Below, in pieces: positions 9,379-18,647 of a DNA stretch of 64,000 nucleotides. Origin of the DNA: Bacillota bacterium (lineage in GTDB: Bacteria; Bacillota; Clostridia; Christensenellales; SZUA-584); the NCBI GenBank assembly GCA_023410475.1, contig JAEYPS010000010.1:4054-68053 (forward strand), in the 5' to 3' direction. Under the pieces are notes generated by a model, which saw nothing but the letters and a program-made list of their open reading frames with translations, did no database searches and was not told the DNA's origin. The position numbers and the translations under genes were made by a program. Within the stretch, counting starts at the first letter, position 1. The number at the start of each line of letters is the position of its first letter.

Positions 9379-10377
9379 ATGAGCAAATATGTCTCTTTAC
9401 TGAAAACAGATTTCAGACTTGTGTTTCGTGACAAAATAGTGCTGTATATGGCGCTGGGTCCGCTGCTGCTCTCGCTCGTGCTGCTCGCCGTGATGGGCGG
9501 GGCGTCAGGCGTCGCGATGAATTACGCGGCTGCGCCCGGCGTGCCGCAGCATGTGCTTGAGAATCTTAGCAGCATGGCCGATGTTCAGGAATACGGAAGC
9601 TATGACGAAATGCTAGCCCGTGTGGAGCGAGCGGACAGCGCAGCGGGCATCTATATCAAGGAAGGCCGGCCGGCGCTGCTGCTGGAAGGAAACGAGCCCG
9701 AGGAGTTCAGGATAAACTCTTCATTGCTGCTGTCAAGGGCGGTTGCAAGCGACTTGCCGGAGTTCGAGAATTTCCCCGTGCAATCCGCGGGGAATGTCAT
9801 AACGGAAATTTCGTTTGCCATGATACTGCTGCTGTCCATATTCCTGGGCGGCGCGGTAGCCGGCTTCAATATGGTCGCGGAACGTGAAAGCGGCGCCATA
9901 CGAGCGCTGGCCGTATCGCCTCTGACTCTTAAAGGCTATCTTCTGGCAAGAACGGCGCTTGCGCTGCTGCTGTCGCTCGTGAACGTGCTGCTGTGCTCAC
10001 TGATTATTGGCAAGGGCGGGCAGCTTACGCCGCTGCTGCTGGCGACGTTGGCGTCGGCGCCCGTATGCGCCCTTGTTGCTTTGTCGCTGGGGGGCACGGC
10101 CTCCAACCAAATAGCGGCCACAGGCACGCTTAAACTGCTGATGCCCGCGTGTATAATAATACCTATTTCATCTGTGTTTGTGCCGGAAGGTTTCAGGTTT
10201 GTGTATTGGTGGATACCGGTATATTGGCAGTACGAGGCGCTCACGGGCGGGTTCGCGGGGAAAACCGATGTTATTGCATATGCGTTTGCCTTGCTGACGG
10301 GGCTCGTATGGTTAGCGGTTCTTTCAAAACTTACTGCGCGAAAGCTCAGTTTGAGGTATAATAAAGGAGGTAAATAA
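9379..10377 (+). CDS. ABC-2-type transporter permease (second subunit)
   Basis: ATG 9379 preceded by AAAGGAGG. Same topology as the preceding permease. Confidence 0.75.
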   Translation: MSKYVSLLKTDFRLVFRDKIVLYMALGPLLLSLVLLAVMGGASGVAMNYAAAPGVPQHVLENLSSMADVQEYGSYDEMLARVERADSAAGIYIKEGRPALLLEGNEPEEFRINSSLLLSRAVASDLPEFENFPVQSAGNVITEISFAMILLLSIFLGGAVAGFNMVAERESGAIRALAVSPLTLKGYLLARTALALLLSLVNVLLCSLIIGKGGQLTPLLLATLASAPVCALVALSLGGTASNQIAATGTLKLLMPACIIIPISSVFVPEGFRFVYWWIPVYWQYEALTGGFAGKTDVIAYAFALLTGLVWLAVLSKLTARKLSLRYNKGGK

Positions 10378-10379
10378 AA

Positions 10380-10520
10380 ATGGAATGGTACTGGTGGGTT
10401 TTGATAGCCGCGGGAGTTGCGGCGTTCGTATTCATCAAGGTGAAGGTAAGCGGGAGCTTTATGAGAAGCATGAAGGAAAGGCAGAACGAAAAACTTAATC
10501 GCGCGGAGGAAGATGAGTAA
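10380..10520 (+). CDS. 46-aa single-TM micro-protein (not in the ORF track)
   Basis: ATG at 10380 is 8 nt after AAGGAGG. Sequence MEWYWWVLIAAGVAAFVFIKVKVSGSFMRSMKERQNEKLNRAEEDE. Its TAA overlaps the TetR ATG (TAATG). Confidence 0.45.
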   Translation: MEWYWWVLIAAGVAAFVFIKVKVSGSFMRSMKERQNEKLNRAEEDE

Positions 10521-11158
10521 TGCCGGACGGCGGCGGCTTTACACGCCCCATGCGAGGGGCGGGAACGAATCCGCTCAATGAGCTGCCCGACCTTTTCAGC
10601 GCGGCGCTCGATGAGTTCAGCGCGAAGTCTTTCGATGAGGCTTCGCTGAACGACATCATCAGGGCCGCGAACATAAGCAAGGGCAGCTTCTATTACCGTT
10701 TTGCCGACAAGACCGATCTTTACTTGTGCCTTATAGACCGCATAATGGCTGAAAAGCTGGCATACTTTGCCGAAAAGCAGACAACGGCGGACTTCCCTTC
10801 GGATTTTTTTGAGCAGATAAAGACGCTGGCCGCGGCGGGGCTGGAATACGCACGGTACGAGCCGAGGTATTATTCATTTTTCCGGCGTTTTCTTTCCGAG
10901 ACGGGAGCGGTCAAGCAGGCCGTCAGAAAGGCTTTCCCCGACGCAGGTATGGACAATATGCTCATGATGGTTCAGGCGGCGAGAGCCGCGGGCAAGCTCA
11001 GGGAGGACATGAGCGACGAGTTCATAAGCGCAATGCTGCAGCTTATGCTAAACAACATCGATACGCTGCTAAAGCCTGATATGAGCGACGATGAGATAGA
11101 AGACATGATTCACAAACTGTCAAGCATGTTTGAAACAGGCATCTCAAGGCAACAATAA
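10520..11158 (+). CDS. TetR/AcrR-family transcriptional regulator
   Basis: N-terminal TetR HTH: FDEASLNDIIRAANISKGSFYYRFADKTDLYL. Confidence 0.9.
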   Translation: MPDGGGFTRPMRGAGTNPLNELPDLFSAALDEFSAKSFDEASLNDIIRAANISKGSFYYRFADKTDLYLCLIDRIMAEKLAYFAEKQTTADFPSDFFEQIKTLAAAGLEYARYEPRYYSFFRRFLSETGAVKQAVRKAFPDAGMDNMLMMVQAARAAGKLREDMSDEFISAMLQLMLNNIDTLLKPDMSDDEIEDMIHKLSSMFETGISRQQ

Positions 11159-11304
11159 TTCTCCTTAAAAAGTATCGTTAATATCGACCCGGCTAAAGCG
11201 GCTCGCGCAATGACAACTTAAACTTAACATCTTTTACACATGGCATTTGCATTTATTACCGCGCTGCATTATATTGTTATCAAACGATGTATCAGGAGCT
11301 GCTT

Positions 11305-12096
11305 ATGAACATATACACTGTAGACGCATTTACCGGCAAACCGTTTGGAGGCAACCCCGCGGGTGTTTGCGTGCTTGAGAGAGGTATGAACCCCAAATGG
11401 ATGCAGAGCGTCGCGGCGGAGATGAATCTCTCGGAGACGGCGTTTTTGCTTAAAGCCAACAAAGGATATATGCTGAGGTGGTTTACCCCAAAGACGGAGG
11501 TGGACCTTTGCGGACACGCGACGCTCGCGAGCGCGCACCTTTTGTGGGAGGCAGGGCTTTGCGACGACGACGAGATAACGTTCCATACCAAAAGCGGACA
11601 GCTGGGCGCGAAACGGGCGGGACGCTTTGTAGAACTTGACTTTCCGCTTGAGATGGACGAGGAGACAGAGGCGCCCGGCCTTTTGCGCGAGAGCCTCGGA
11701 GTGCCGTTCAAGTATGTGGGAAAGAACAGGATGGATTATATCGTTGAGGTCGAGGACGAATCAGCCGTTAAAAACCTTCAGCCCGATTTCGCGCTTATGA
11801 AGCTGATGTCTGCAAGAGGCGTAATGGTTACAGCGCCTTCTGAAAAGAATGATTTTGATTTTGTTTCAAGGTGCTTTTTTCCGGCGCTCGGCATAGACGA
11901 AGACCCGGTTACCGGCTCGGCGCACTGCTGCATGGGGCCTTATTGGGCGAAAAAGCTCGGCAGGAGAGAGCTTAACGCGCGGCAGATATCCCAAAGAGGG
12001 GGAGAGCTTAAGCTCTCGGTGCTGGACAAGAGGATACTGATATACGGCGAGGCAGTGACGGTAATAAAGGGAGAGCTTGCGGGGGAAGCGGAATAA
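11305..12096 (+). CDS. PhzF-family isomerase
   Basis: TVDAFTGKPFGGNPAGV, SETAFL, RWFTP..EVDLCGHATLA and DPVTGSAHC hallmarks. Start at ATG 11305 behind AGGAG. Confidence 0.9.
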   Translation: MNIYTVDAFTGKPFGGNPAGVCVLERGMNPKWMQSVAAEMNLSETAFLLKANKGYMLRWFTPKTEVDLCGHATLASAHLLWEAGLCDDDEITFHTKSGQLGAKRAGRFVELDFPLEMDEETEAPGLLRESLGVPFKYVGKNRMDYIVEVEDESAVKNLQPDFALMKLMSARGVMVTAPSEKNDFDFVSRCFFPALGIDEDPVTGSAHCCMGPYWAKKLGRRELNARQISQRGGELKLSVLDKRILIYGEAVTVIKGELAGEAE

Positions 12097-12256
12097 GAAC
12101 GCAAGTACATCGGCGGATGTTCAGGCGTAATTTTATTGCCGTATATGTTAGTTGTTTATTAAATACGCAATTTGTTTTACTGAGTTGTTTGTCTATTAGG
12201 TGCAGTTATAAATACATTTGACCGATAGAGGTGACATTTATTTAGGGAGAATTATT

Positions 12257-13276
12257 TTGTCAACTAATCTAATTACCCACCGAAATCATTATGTCCCGGA
12301 ATTTTACCTCAAAAATTGGAGTCAAGACAGGAATAGTATTTTTGTATACAGTTTGCTTGTACCTGATTCCAGAACCCCTTATTGGAGTCGTAGAAGGATT
12401 AAATCGACTGCTGTATGGAATGATTTTTATACGCGAAATGAGGGGGAGAAGGAAGTAGATGATTTTGAAAAATGGTTTAATAAAGAATTTGAATCACCTG
12501 TAAAAATAGTTTTTGAAAAACTATTAAATGGTTATAGCTTGAGTACAGAAGAATCCCAAAAGCTTTCTCGTTTTGTTGCTGCTCAACACTTGAGAACGCC
12601 TGCACGTCTTAATACATTAATGGCACAGTGGCGTACAGAAATGCCCCAAGTATTTGAAGATACCGTGCAAAAAATATCGAAACAACTTGAAGCACAACCA
12701 CAATTAATTAATAGTTACCCACAAACACCTGAAGAAGCAAAACTATTACCAATAAAAGTTATGGTTAATAAAGATAAGCAACAAATCGAAGTTAAATCGC
12801 TTGTTGGTAAAGGAATGTATCTATTTGCTTTGAAGCATCTGTTGACAAAGACGGTAAGCGTTACAGAAAAGTACAAATGGGATGTTATTCACGCCACAAA
12901 TGATGTATCATTTCCAACCTCGGATGACCCCGTAATATGCTTAAACTACAATAGTGAAAAAGATTATGATTTCAAGGGTGGATGGGGTAAGAAAAACGGA
13001 AATATTATTATGCCAATTTCTCCAAAGCTCTTACTAATAACTCAAATAGGAAGTAATATGCCTAACGTAAAGTTAGACTATTCAGAGCATTGGAGTAAGT
13101 TTTTTCGTAAAATCATTATTGAGCATGCTCATCGTTATGTATATGCAATCGAACGGCAAAAAGGAATGCTTGCAATCAATCCCAGGAGGGTTAATAAAGC
13201 TTTATTTGAAAGTGAAAAGTGCATAATGGCAGGTTGGCATGAAGAACAAATGGAAGGAGAAGCCCAACTAAGATAG
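12257..13276 (+). CDS. DUF4238-domain protein (candidate single-gene phage-defence protein)
   Basis: N-terminal HRNHYVPEFYLKNW motif typical of DUF4238 (from memory of the family). TTG 12257 is preceded by GGGAG. Alternative TTG at 12218 lacks an RBS. Clearly lower GC than flanking genes. Confidence 0.7.
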   Translation: MSTNLITHRNHYVPEFYLKNWSQDRNSIFVYSLLVPDSRTPYWSRRRIKSTAVWNDFYTRNEGEKEVDDFEKWFNKEFESPVKIVFEKLLNGYSLSTEESQKLSRFVAAQHLRTPARLNTLMAQWRTEMPQVFEDTVQKISKQLEAQPQLINSYPQTPEEAKLLPIKVMVNKDKQQIEVKSLVGKGMYLFALKHLLTKTVSVTEKYKWDVIHATNDVSFPTSDDPVICLNYNSEKDYDFKGGWGKKNGNIIMPISPKLLLITQIGSNMPNVKLDYSEHWSKFFRKIIIEHAHRYVYAIERQKGMLAINPRRVNKALFESEKCIMAGWHEEQMEGEAQLR

Positions 13277-13477
13277 TGCTTAAAATAAGCTATTATAGCA
13301 ATAATGTTCAGGCCAACATGGTATTTGGAACATTCGTTTTTTATATTTTGTACGCCTTCTGGGCGATAAGTCGAATTTATTGCATTGTCATGATGATAGT
13401 TTCATGATAAAGTAAATTAAAGAAGGAGTGTATTGATGTCGGTAATCCTGTAAGGACCAAGGTTAATGACGTAAAAC

Positions 13478-13503
13478 GAGCAGTTGCTGCTCTTGTTTGT
13501 GTT
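13478..13503 (+). terminator. Terminator-like hairpin 1 in the DUF4238/methyltransferase spacer
   Basis: GAGCAG-ttg-CTGCTC followed by TTGTTTGTGTT. Confidence 0.45.
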
Positions 13504-13562
13504 ATCAAAAACTGCCTTACAGATTGAACGAGCATCCATTATGTATAATGATGTGATTTGTA

Positions 13563-13587
13563 GCGCAGTAGCATACTGTGCTTTTTT
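13563..13587 (+). terminator. Intrinsic terminator 40 nt upstream of the methyltransferase ATG
   Basis: GCGCAGTA-gca-TACTGTGC (8 bp, one G-U pair) followed by TTTTTT. Confidence 0.7.
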
Positions 13588-13627
13588 GATTCTTTCTATA
13601 AGGTGATAATCAGAAAGGAAGAATACC

Positions 13628-14353
13628 ATGTATACATTTACAGATCAGTTTATGTCCAATGATAAGAATGTTGAGTTCTTGAAAACTAATATGATGGGGC
13701 CAAACGCCATGCGGCTGTCAGAGGAAATGTCGTCGCATTTGAGTATCAATGAGAATATGCGAATACTTGACCTCGGCTGCGGGTGCGGTCTTTCCACGCT
13801 TTATTTGGTAAAAAAATATGGCTCGTCCGTTTTCGCCGCCGACCTTTGGATTTCTCCGACGGAAAACTATCAGCGTTTCCAATCTATTGGGATCGATGAT
13901 AAGGCCGTTCCGGTTTCCGTGGATGCGACTAAGGGGATGCCTTTCGCAAACGGATACTTTGACTTGTTGTTCACCGTGGGCGCTTACCATCATTTCGGTG
14001 ATACGGAGCAAATGCTCCCGTCGCTCATTCCTTTTGTGAAAAAAGGAGGATTTGCAGCCATCGCTATTCCCGGCATAAAGTATGAATTTGGGGAAAATGT
14101 CCCCGATGAAATGAAGCCGTTTTGGAATGATGAGGTGGCAAGGACTATACACTCTCTTGACTGGTGGAAGGATTTGTGGAAGAAAGCAGAGGGCATAGAA
14201 ATTGTGGACATTCGTGAAATGCTATGCTGCAAACAGTCGTGGGATGAATGGCATACCAGCTATTGGGATGGCATCGGCGAAGACATAAAGATGAGGCAAG
14301 CTGAAAACGGAAGGTACTATAATCTTATTCAGATGATTGCTAAAGTCATTTGA
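13628..14353 (+). CDS. Class I SAM-dependent methyltransferase (small-molecule type)
   Basis: Motif I ILDLGCGCG, acidic loop FAADLW. Methyltransf_11/25-like; no DNA-methyltransferase motifs. Confidence 0.85.
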   Translation: MYTFTDQFMSNDKNVEFLKTNMMGPNAMRLSEEMSSHLSINENMRILDLGCGCGLSTLYLVKKYGSSVFAADLWISPTENYQRFQSIGIDDKAVPVSVDATKGMPFANGYFDLLFTVGAYHHFGDTEQMLPSLIPFVKKGGFAAIAIPGIKYEFGENVPDEMKPFWNDEVARTIHSLDWWKDLWKKAEGIEIVDIREMLCCKQSWDEWHTSYWDGIGEDIKMRQAENGRYYNLIQMIAKVI

Positions 14354-14427
14354 ATAATTGCCGTTCACCATTGCCCCCAAAGGTATACCTGATAAGCGTA
14401 ATATAAAGCGACATAGAATTGGATTAA

Positions 14428-14467
14428 GCAGGCAGGCTCTACATTAAAGGGGTCTGCCTGCTCTTTT
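14428..14467 (+). terminator. Intrinsic terminator between convergent genes
   Basis: GCAGGCAG...CTGCCTGC hairpin followed by TCTTTT. Confidence 0.75.
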
Positions 14468-14554
14468 AATAAGCATTAAAAAGAACTCAGCATTATGTGC
14501 GTAGTAAAGTGTTAGCGGAGAATAATTTATCAGGATGATTAATTGCCAGCCTTG

Positions 14555-15040
14555 TCAGTTAGCAGTTATATCCTCAAACGTTACGGGGATCACGCTTTTG
14601 ATAAGATTCGGGTCTGCCTCTACCTGCGTTCCGACCTTGCCGCCGTTGAAGATTATAGTATCGTATAATAAAGCAGTCTCGTCGATCACCGTCCGGAACT
14701 GCTTTTTCATGCCTATGGGAGAGCAGCCGCCCTTTATGTAGCCCGTAACGGGCTCTATCTGTTTAACGGGTATCATCTCAACGCTCTTCTCGCCGACGGC
14801 TTTCGCCGCTTTTTTAAGGTCAAGCTCTGTGTTCACGGGAAGCACGAACACGAAGTATTCGCGGTTCTTTGAAACCGTGACGAGTGTCTTGAACACCCTG
14901 CCAGGCTCCTGCCCTATCATATTAGCGACGGTGACTCCGTCAATCATATTGTCGCTGTCGTCGTAGTCGTAATGATTATATTGTATGCCGTGCGCTTCGA
15001 GTGCGCGCATGACGTTTGTATTCTTTGCCGGTTTGGACAT
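14555..15040 (-). CDS. ybaK: YbaK/EbsC-family Cys-tRNA(Pro) deacylase
   Basis: VFKTLV and PVTGYIKGGCSPIGMKK motifs. Start at ATG 15040 behind AAGGAG. Confidence 0.85.
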   Translation of the reverse strand: MSKPAKNTNVMRALEAHGIQYNHYDYDDSDNMIDGVTVANMIGQEPGRVFKTLVTVSKNREYFVFVLPVNTELDLKKAAKAVGEKSVEMIPVKQIEPVTGYIKGGCSPIGMKKQFRTVIDETALLYDTIIFNGGKVGTQVEADPNLIKSVIPVTFEDITAN

Positions 15041-15074
15041 GGAAGCTCCTTTTAAACTGCATACATAAATATGA

Positions 15075-15482
15075 TTATGCACCCTCGGTTACAATACCGT
15101 ATTTGTTCAGGATATGCTTTAATTCCGTCATAGCTTCATCTGCTAAAAATATGAGCGTTAACTCATTATTGCCAACATTGCCGATTGCAACATGGCCGCA
15201 GCCGTCCGTTGCGGGGAATACGCTGACAGTTCTATCTTTTTGAATAAACTGAACCTCACACGCTCCGAAAGGACACGCGGGGCGATCTTTATGCATATTG
15301 CCGCGGCACAGCTCTATAATCCGTGTAAAATCCGTGTTGTCGGGAGTGAGCGTTACTTTTAAATCCGTATAATGTGAAATAAGAACGATACTTTCGGCTT
15401 GCTCTATAACAAAACTGCCCATGCAGCCGGTAAGAAGTATAATGCAAAAGAGCAATGCGGTTATGATATAGAATTTTTTCAT
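15075..15482 (-). CDS. Small lipoprotein, unknown function
   Basis: Signal peptide plus lipobox LLTGC. Confidence 0.65.
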   Translation of the reverse strand: MKKFYIITALLFCIILLTGCMGSFVIEQAESIVLISHYTDLKVTLTPDNTDFTRIIELCRGNMHKDRPACPFGACEVQFIQKDRTVSVFPATDGCGHVAIGNVGNNELTLIFLADEAMTELKHILNKYGIVTEGA

Positions 15483-15533
15483 TTAAAAACCCCAGATAGT
15501 TTCGTTGCGCAGGTCTGGTACTTTATCGGTCTG

Positions 15534-16034
15534 TCATAACAACTTTTTCTCAAGTACGTAGTCGTCCATCTTATAGCCCTCGCCTATGTCTTTTACGCAC
15601 GAGTCGGTAATTGAGAAGCCAAGCTTTTTATACGTCTCGAGAGAGGCCTTGTTGTATTTGTTGCAGGTGAGCCAGACGCGCTTTGATTTGTTCTTCCTCG
15701 CGTATTCGTATATCTTTTCGAGCATTGCGCGGGCAATGCCCTTGCCGCGGTAGCCCTGCTTTACATATAGCTTGCTCAAAAATACGCCCGAACCGTCTTT
15801 CTTTACGGCGCTGTATCCGCACGGCACGCCGTCAAAACTCGCAATGTAATAGACATAGCCGCCCGCGATGTCGCTTTCGATGGCGCTTTGTGACTGAAAC
15901 TTTTCGAGCATATAGGAGACCTGAGTCTTTCCTATGATGGGCGAGTAATGCTGCTCCCATATCTCCTTTGCGAGTGCTTCGAGCGTTTTTGTATCCGCCG
16001 TGCCCGCAGCCCTGACGCGCAGCCTTGTGTTCAT
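15534..16034 (-). CDS. GNAT-family N-acetyltransferase
   Basis: Acetyl-CoA motif A YVKQGYRGKGIARAMLEKIYEYAR. Start at ATG 16034 behind GAGGTG. Confidence 0.85.
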   Translation of the reverse strand: MNTRLRVRAAGTADTKTLEALAKEIWEQHYSPIIGKTQVSYMLEKFQSQSAIESDIAGGYVYYIASFDGVPCGYSAVKKDGSGVFLSKLYVKQGYRGKGIARAMLEKIYEYARKNKSKRVWLTCNKYNKASLETYKKLGFSITDSCVKDIGEGYKMDDYVLEKKLL

Positions 16035-16154
16035 TATGATCACCTCAAAAAACACAGAGCACAGGTGCAAAAATAAGGAGTCGTCAATAAAACCAACAGC
16101 CGATCATTTTAAGCGAGTTTGTATAAGCGTTACAATTATATCATAATACTCGGC

Positions 16155-17243
16155 TTAAATCATCCTTCTGATTTTAGCGGTGATAAAAAGCAGCAGAGGC
16201 AGCGCGAGCCCCATCGTAAGATTCATATAGGGCACTATATTTCTTGAAAAACGTATCATCTCGAATGAAGAGTTAGCGTAAAACACCGCGAAGAAGAACG
16301 AAAGGCTGAGAATGGGGGTGAGCAGCGGCACCTCGCCCCGAAGATTGGCGGTATTTTTTATCATCCGCGATGTACAGTACGCGAAAAACGATATCGTGAT
16401 AAACTCCGCGAGCGTGCGTATAGACTTAAAAAGAGAGTCGATACCCGCCGACGAATCGAACAGGGCTATGTTCTCTACCGCGGTCAGATAAGGGACTCTG
16501 AGTTTTGATATAACATGATAACCCAGCATGCCTATAAGAGCGAGTATGATAAGGGTGTTCGAGATCGTCAGATACCCCGCCGTAAATACAAACGGCCTTA
16601 AGTTTTTGCTTTTGTATTCTATTCTGTCGTTGAACACGAACACGGGGGTGATATAGACGAATATGGTAAGCGGAAATACCGCTGACTCAAGCGCAGGGGC
16701 AACATCGAGAACGCTTACGGGTGTAACGAAGTCCGGGCGGAAGTGAAGGAACAACAAGAACAGCGTCACCATCAGCTGCCCGACTATGAGTATGAATATA
16801 AGCTTGTTCATGCGGGCGATGACGGCTATGCCCCATCTTAACATAATGCCCACCAGCGCTGTTAGCAGGAATAGCATCAGCGTAAGGTCCGTACCCGTAA
16901 ACACCGTGGTTACAAGCGTATCCGCCGCGTACCGCTCGTAAAGGCTGAGCAGCAAAAAGAGCCAGACAATATAAAGCAAAGAGAGCATTATGCCTATCGC
17001 CTTTCCGAACACCGCGCATAAAACGTCGTGCAGAGACTTTCCTTCAAACTTGCTCATTACTTTATAGAGAACATATAAAAGAGGAATGAACACTATCATG
17101 CTGAGCGGAACAGAAAGCCACGCGGCCTGATGCGCAATCTGCGACGTTGTCGACGTCATAAAGCGCAAAGAGGCCGTGTGCGTTGCCACCGCGAAAACAA
17201 GCAGCGCCTGCATAAGAGTTATTTTTTCGTTTCTTATTTTCAT
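16155..17243 (-). CDS. Spore germination protein, GerAB/GerKB-type permease subunit
   Basis: 362-aa polytopic (about 10 TM) APC-like protein in an operon with GerA- and GerC-type genes. Confidence 0.85.
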   Translation of the reverse strand: MKIRNEKITLMQALLVFAVATHTASLRFMTSTTSQIAHQAAWLSVPLSMIVFIPLLYVLYKVMSKFEGKSLHDVLCAVFGKAIGIMLSLLYIVWLFLLLSLYERYAADTLVTTVFTGTDLTLMLFLLTALVGIMLRWGIAVIARMNKLIFILIVGQLMVTLFLLFLHFRPDFVTPVSVLDVAPALESAVFPLTIFVYITPVFVFNDRIEYKSKNLRPFVFTAGYLTISNTLIILALIGMLGYHVISKLRVPYLTAVENIALFDSSAGIDSLFKSIRTLAEFITISFFAYCTSRMIKNTANLRGEVPLLTPILSLSFFFAVFYANSSFEMIRFSRNIVPYMNLTMGLALPLLLFITAKIRRMI

Positions 17244-17452
17244 TGCCCCTCCCGCATGGCCGCGCCGAAAAAGTCGAGAACGGCTTTTGAAAAGCTCGTA
17301 AATCCCGGAACCAGAAGCAGGTATACGCCGAGGGCGACCGCGAGCGCCGCGATTGCTATATAAAGCACGGTTTCTTTTTTTGTTTTATCTTTTATCAGCT
17401 TTCTTGCCTCGAACACCGCGATCACGATAAATATCACCAGCGCTACAGCCAT
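17240..17452 (-). CDS. 70-aa two-TM protein embedded in the ger operon
   Basis: ATG 17452 lies 1 nt after the GerC stop, and its stop overlaps the GerB ATG (ATGA). Sequence begins MAVALVIFIVIAVFEARKLIKDKTKKETVLYIAIAALAVALGVYLLLVPG. Confidence 0.5.
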   Translation of the reverse strand: MAVALVIFIVIAVFEARKLIKDKTKKETVLYIAIAALAVALGVYLLLVPGFTSFSKAVLDFFGAAMREGQ

Positions 17453-17453
17453 A

Positions 17454-18647
17454 TCAGCCGCCTTCCTCCCCTGCAGTCTGCGCAAACTCGTACGTGCTGT
17501 GAATAGTCGTGCTGACTTTTATTTTTACCTTGAGTTTCGTAAATACGTCTTTCCAGTCGTCTTTAAGCTCCTGCCATTTGACGGGGTCTTTATGATAAAA
17601 CCTGTCCATGATGAACGCGGGGTCGCATGCCATGCTTTGCATTTGAGATACGGCTTCAGCCATCTCATCACGGATTATCTCGCTGTGCCGCTGAGCTAGG
17701 TATTGCAAATCATCCGCTTCCATAGGGTCTATGCCCTTGTATTCGGTGAGGTTCGACTGCAGATCAACTTCAATTTCTACGAAAAGCGGGTCGAACGAGG
17801 GAGTGACTTTCGTATGGGCGCCGATAAGATCGAGCGCGGCGGCTTTGCCTTTTTCGTCTTTTACAGAAATGAGAGACCTGTTTACGTCGCCCGTCAAGAA
17901 ATTAAGCGCTCTTGCACTGCGCGCGTCGAGATACCCCGCAAGCTTGTCCCCGTCGAAAAGCGCGAAGCCCTGCGCCTTTATCATAAACTCCTGCTCGCTT
18001 TCGCCCTCATTGCCGCCTTCGTCTCCGCTCTCGGCGCCCCCTTTCCCGACAGGGTTTTCAAACACCTCGACAGTAGGTATATATACGCTTACCCAGGGTA
18101 TCTCGCTGTACGCCGCGTAGTTTAAAAGATGTATTTCGCGCGTGAAGCCCGTTCTCCCCGCGCCCGAGAACAGCGCGTCGAGATAACCTCCGAGACCGCC
18201 CTTTATAGTGTTTGCCTTAAGCAGGAAGTCCTTGGCTGTCGACTCTTTGGCGACGGCTATGCGGTAAAGCAGGCGCGCCTCGTCATCTTCGGTAAAAAAG
18301 CTGAAGAGCCTGGCTATACCCTCCTTTGCGGCGTCCTCGCCGATTATGATGTATTTTGTATGGTGCCACGTTATGTGCTTGTCGGTAAGAGCGCCCAGCA
18401 TGTTTTCCGCTTCGGATACAGTTTCGCCTCTTGCCGTATACAGCCTGAACGATACCTTCTCCTGCTCGGGCTCCGAGCCCTCGGTGGTATCGGCCATTGC
18501 GGTGAGCACAATCTCGCCGTTCTCGACGTCGAGACCGGCTACGAGCACTCTTTGCGTCTGCTCAATCTCGAAGGCCTCCGGAAACGAACAGCCCTGCAGC
18601 GCGGGCAGCGATATAAAAGCGAGTATAAACGCCACGATACGTTTCAT
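17454..18647 (-). CDS. Ger(x)C-family spore germination lipoprotein
   Basis: Lipobox LQGCS. Length and position are typical for GerAC/GerKC. Confidence 0.85.
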   Translation of the reverse strand: MKRIVAFILAFISLPALQGCSFPEAFEIEQTQRVLVAGLDVENGEIVLTAMADTTEGSEPEQEKVSFRLYTARGETVSEAENMLGALTDKHITWHHTKYIIIGEDAAKEGIARLFSFFTEDDEARLLYRIAVAKESTAKDFLLKANTIKGGLGGYLDALFSGAGRTGFTREIHLLNYAAYSEIPWVSVYIPTVEVFENPVGKGGAESGDEGGNEGESEQEFMIKAQGFALFDGDKLAGYLDARSARALNFLTGDVNRSLISVKDEKGKAAALDLIGAHTKVTPSFDPLFVEIEVDLQSNLTEYKGIDPMEADDLQYLAQRHSEIIRDEMAEAVSQMQSMACDPAFIMDRFYHKDPVKWQELKDDWKDVFTKLKVKIKVSTTIHSTYEFAQTAGEEGG

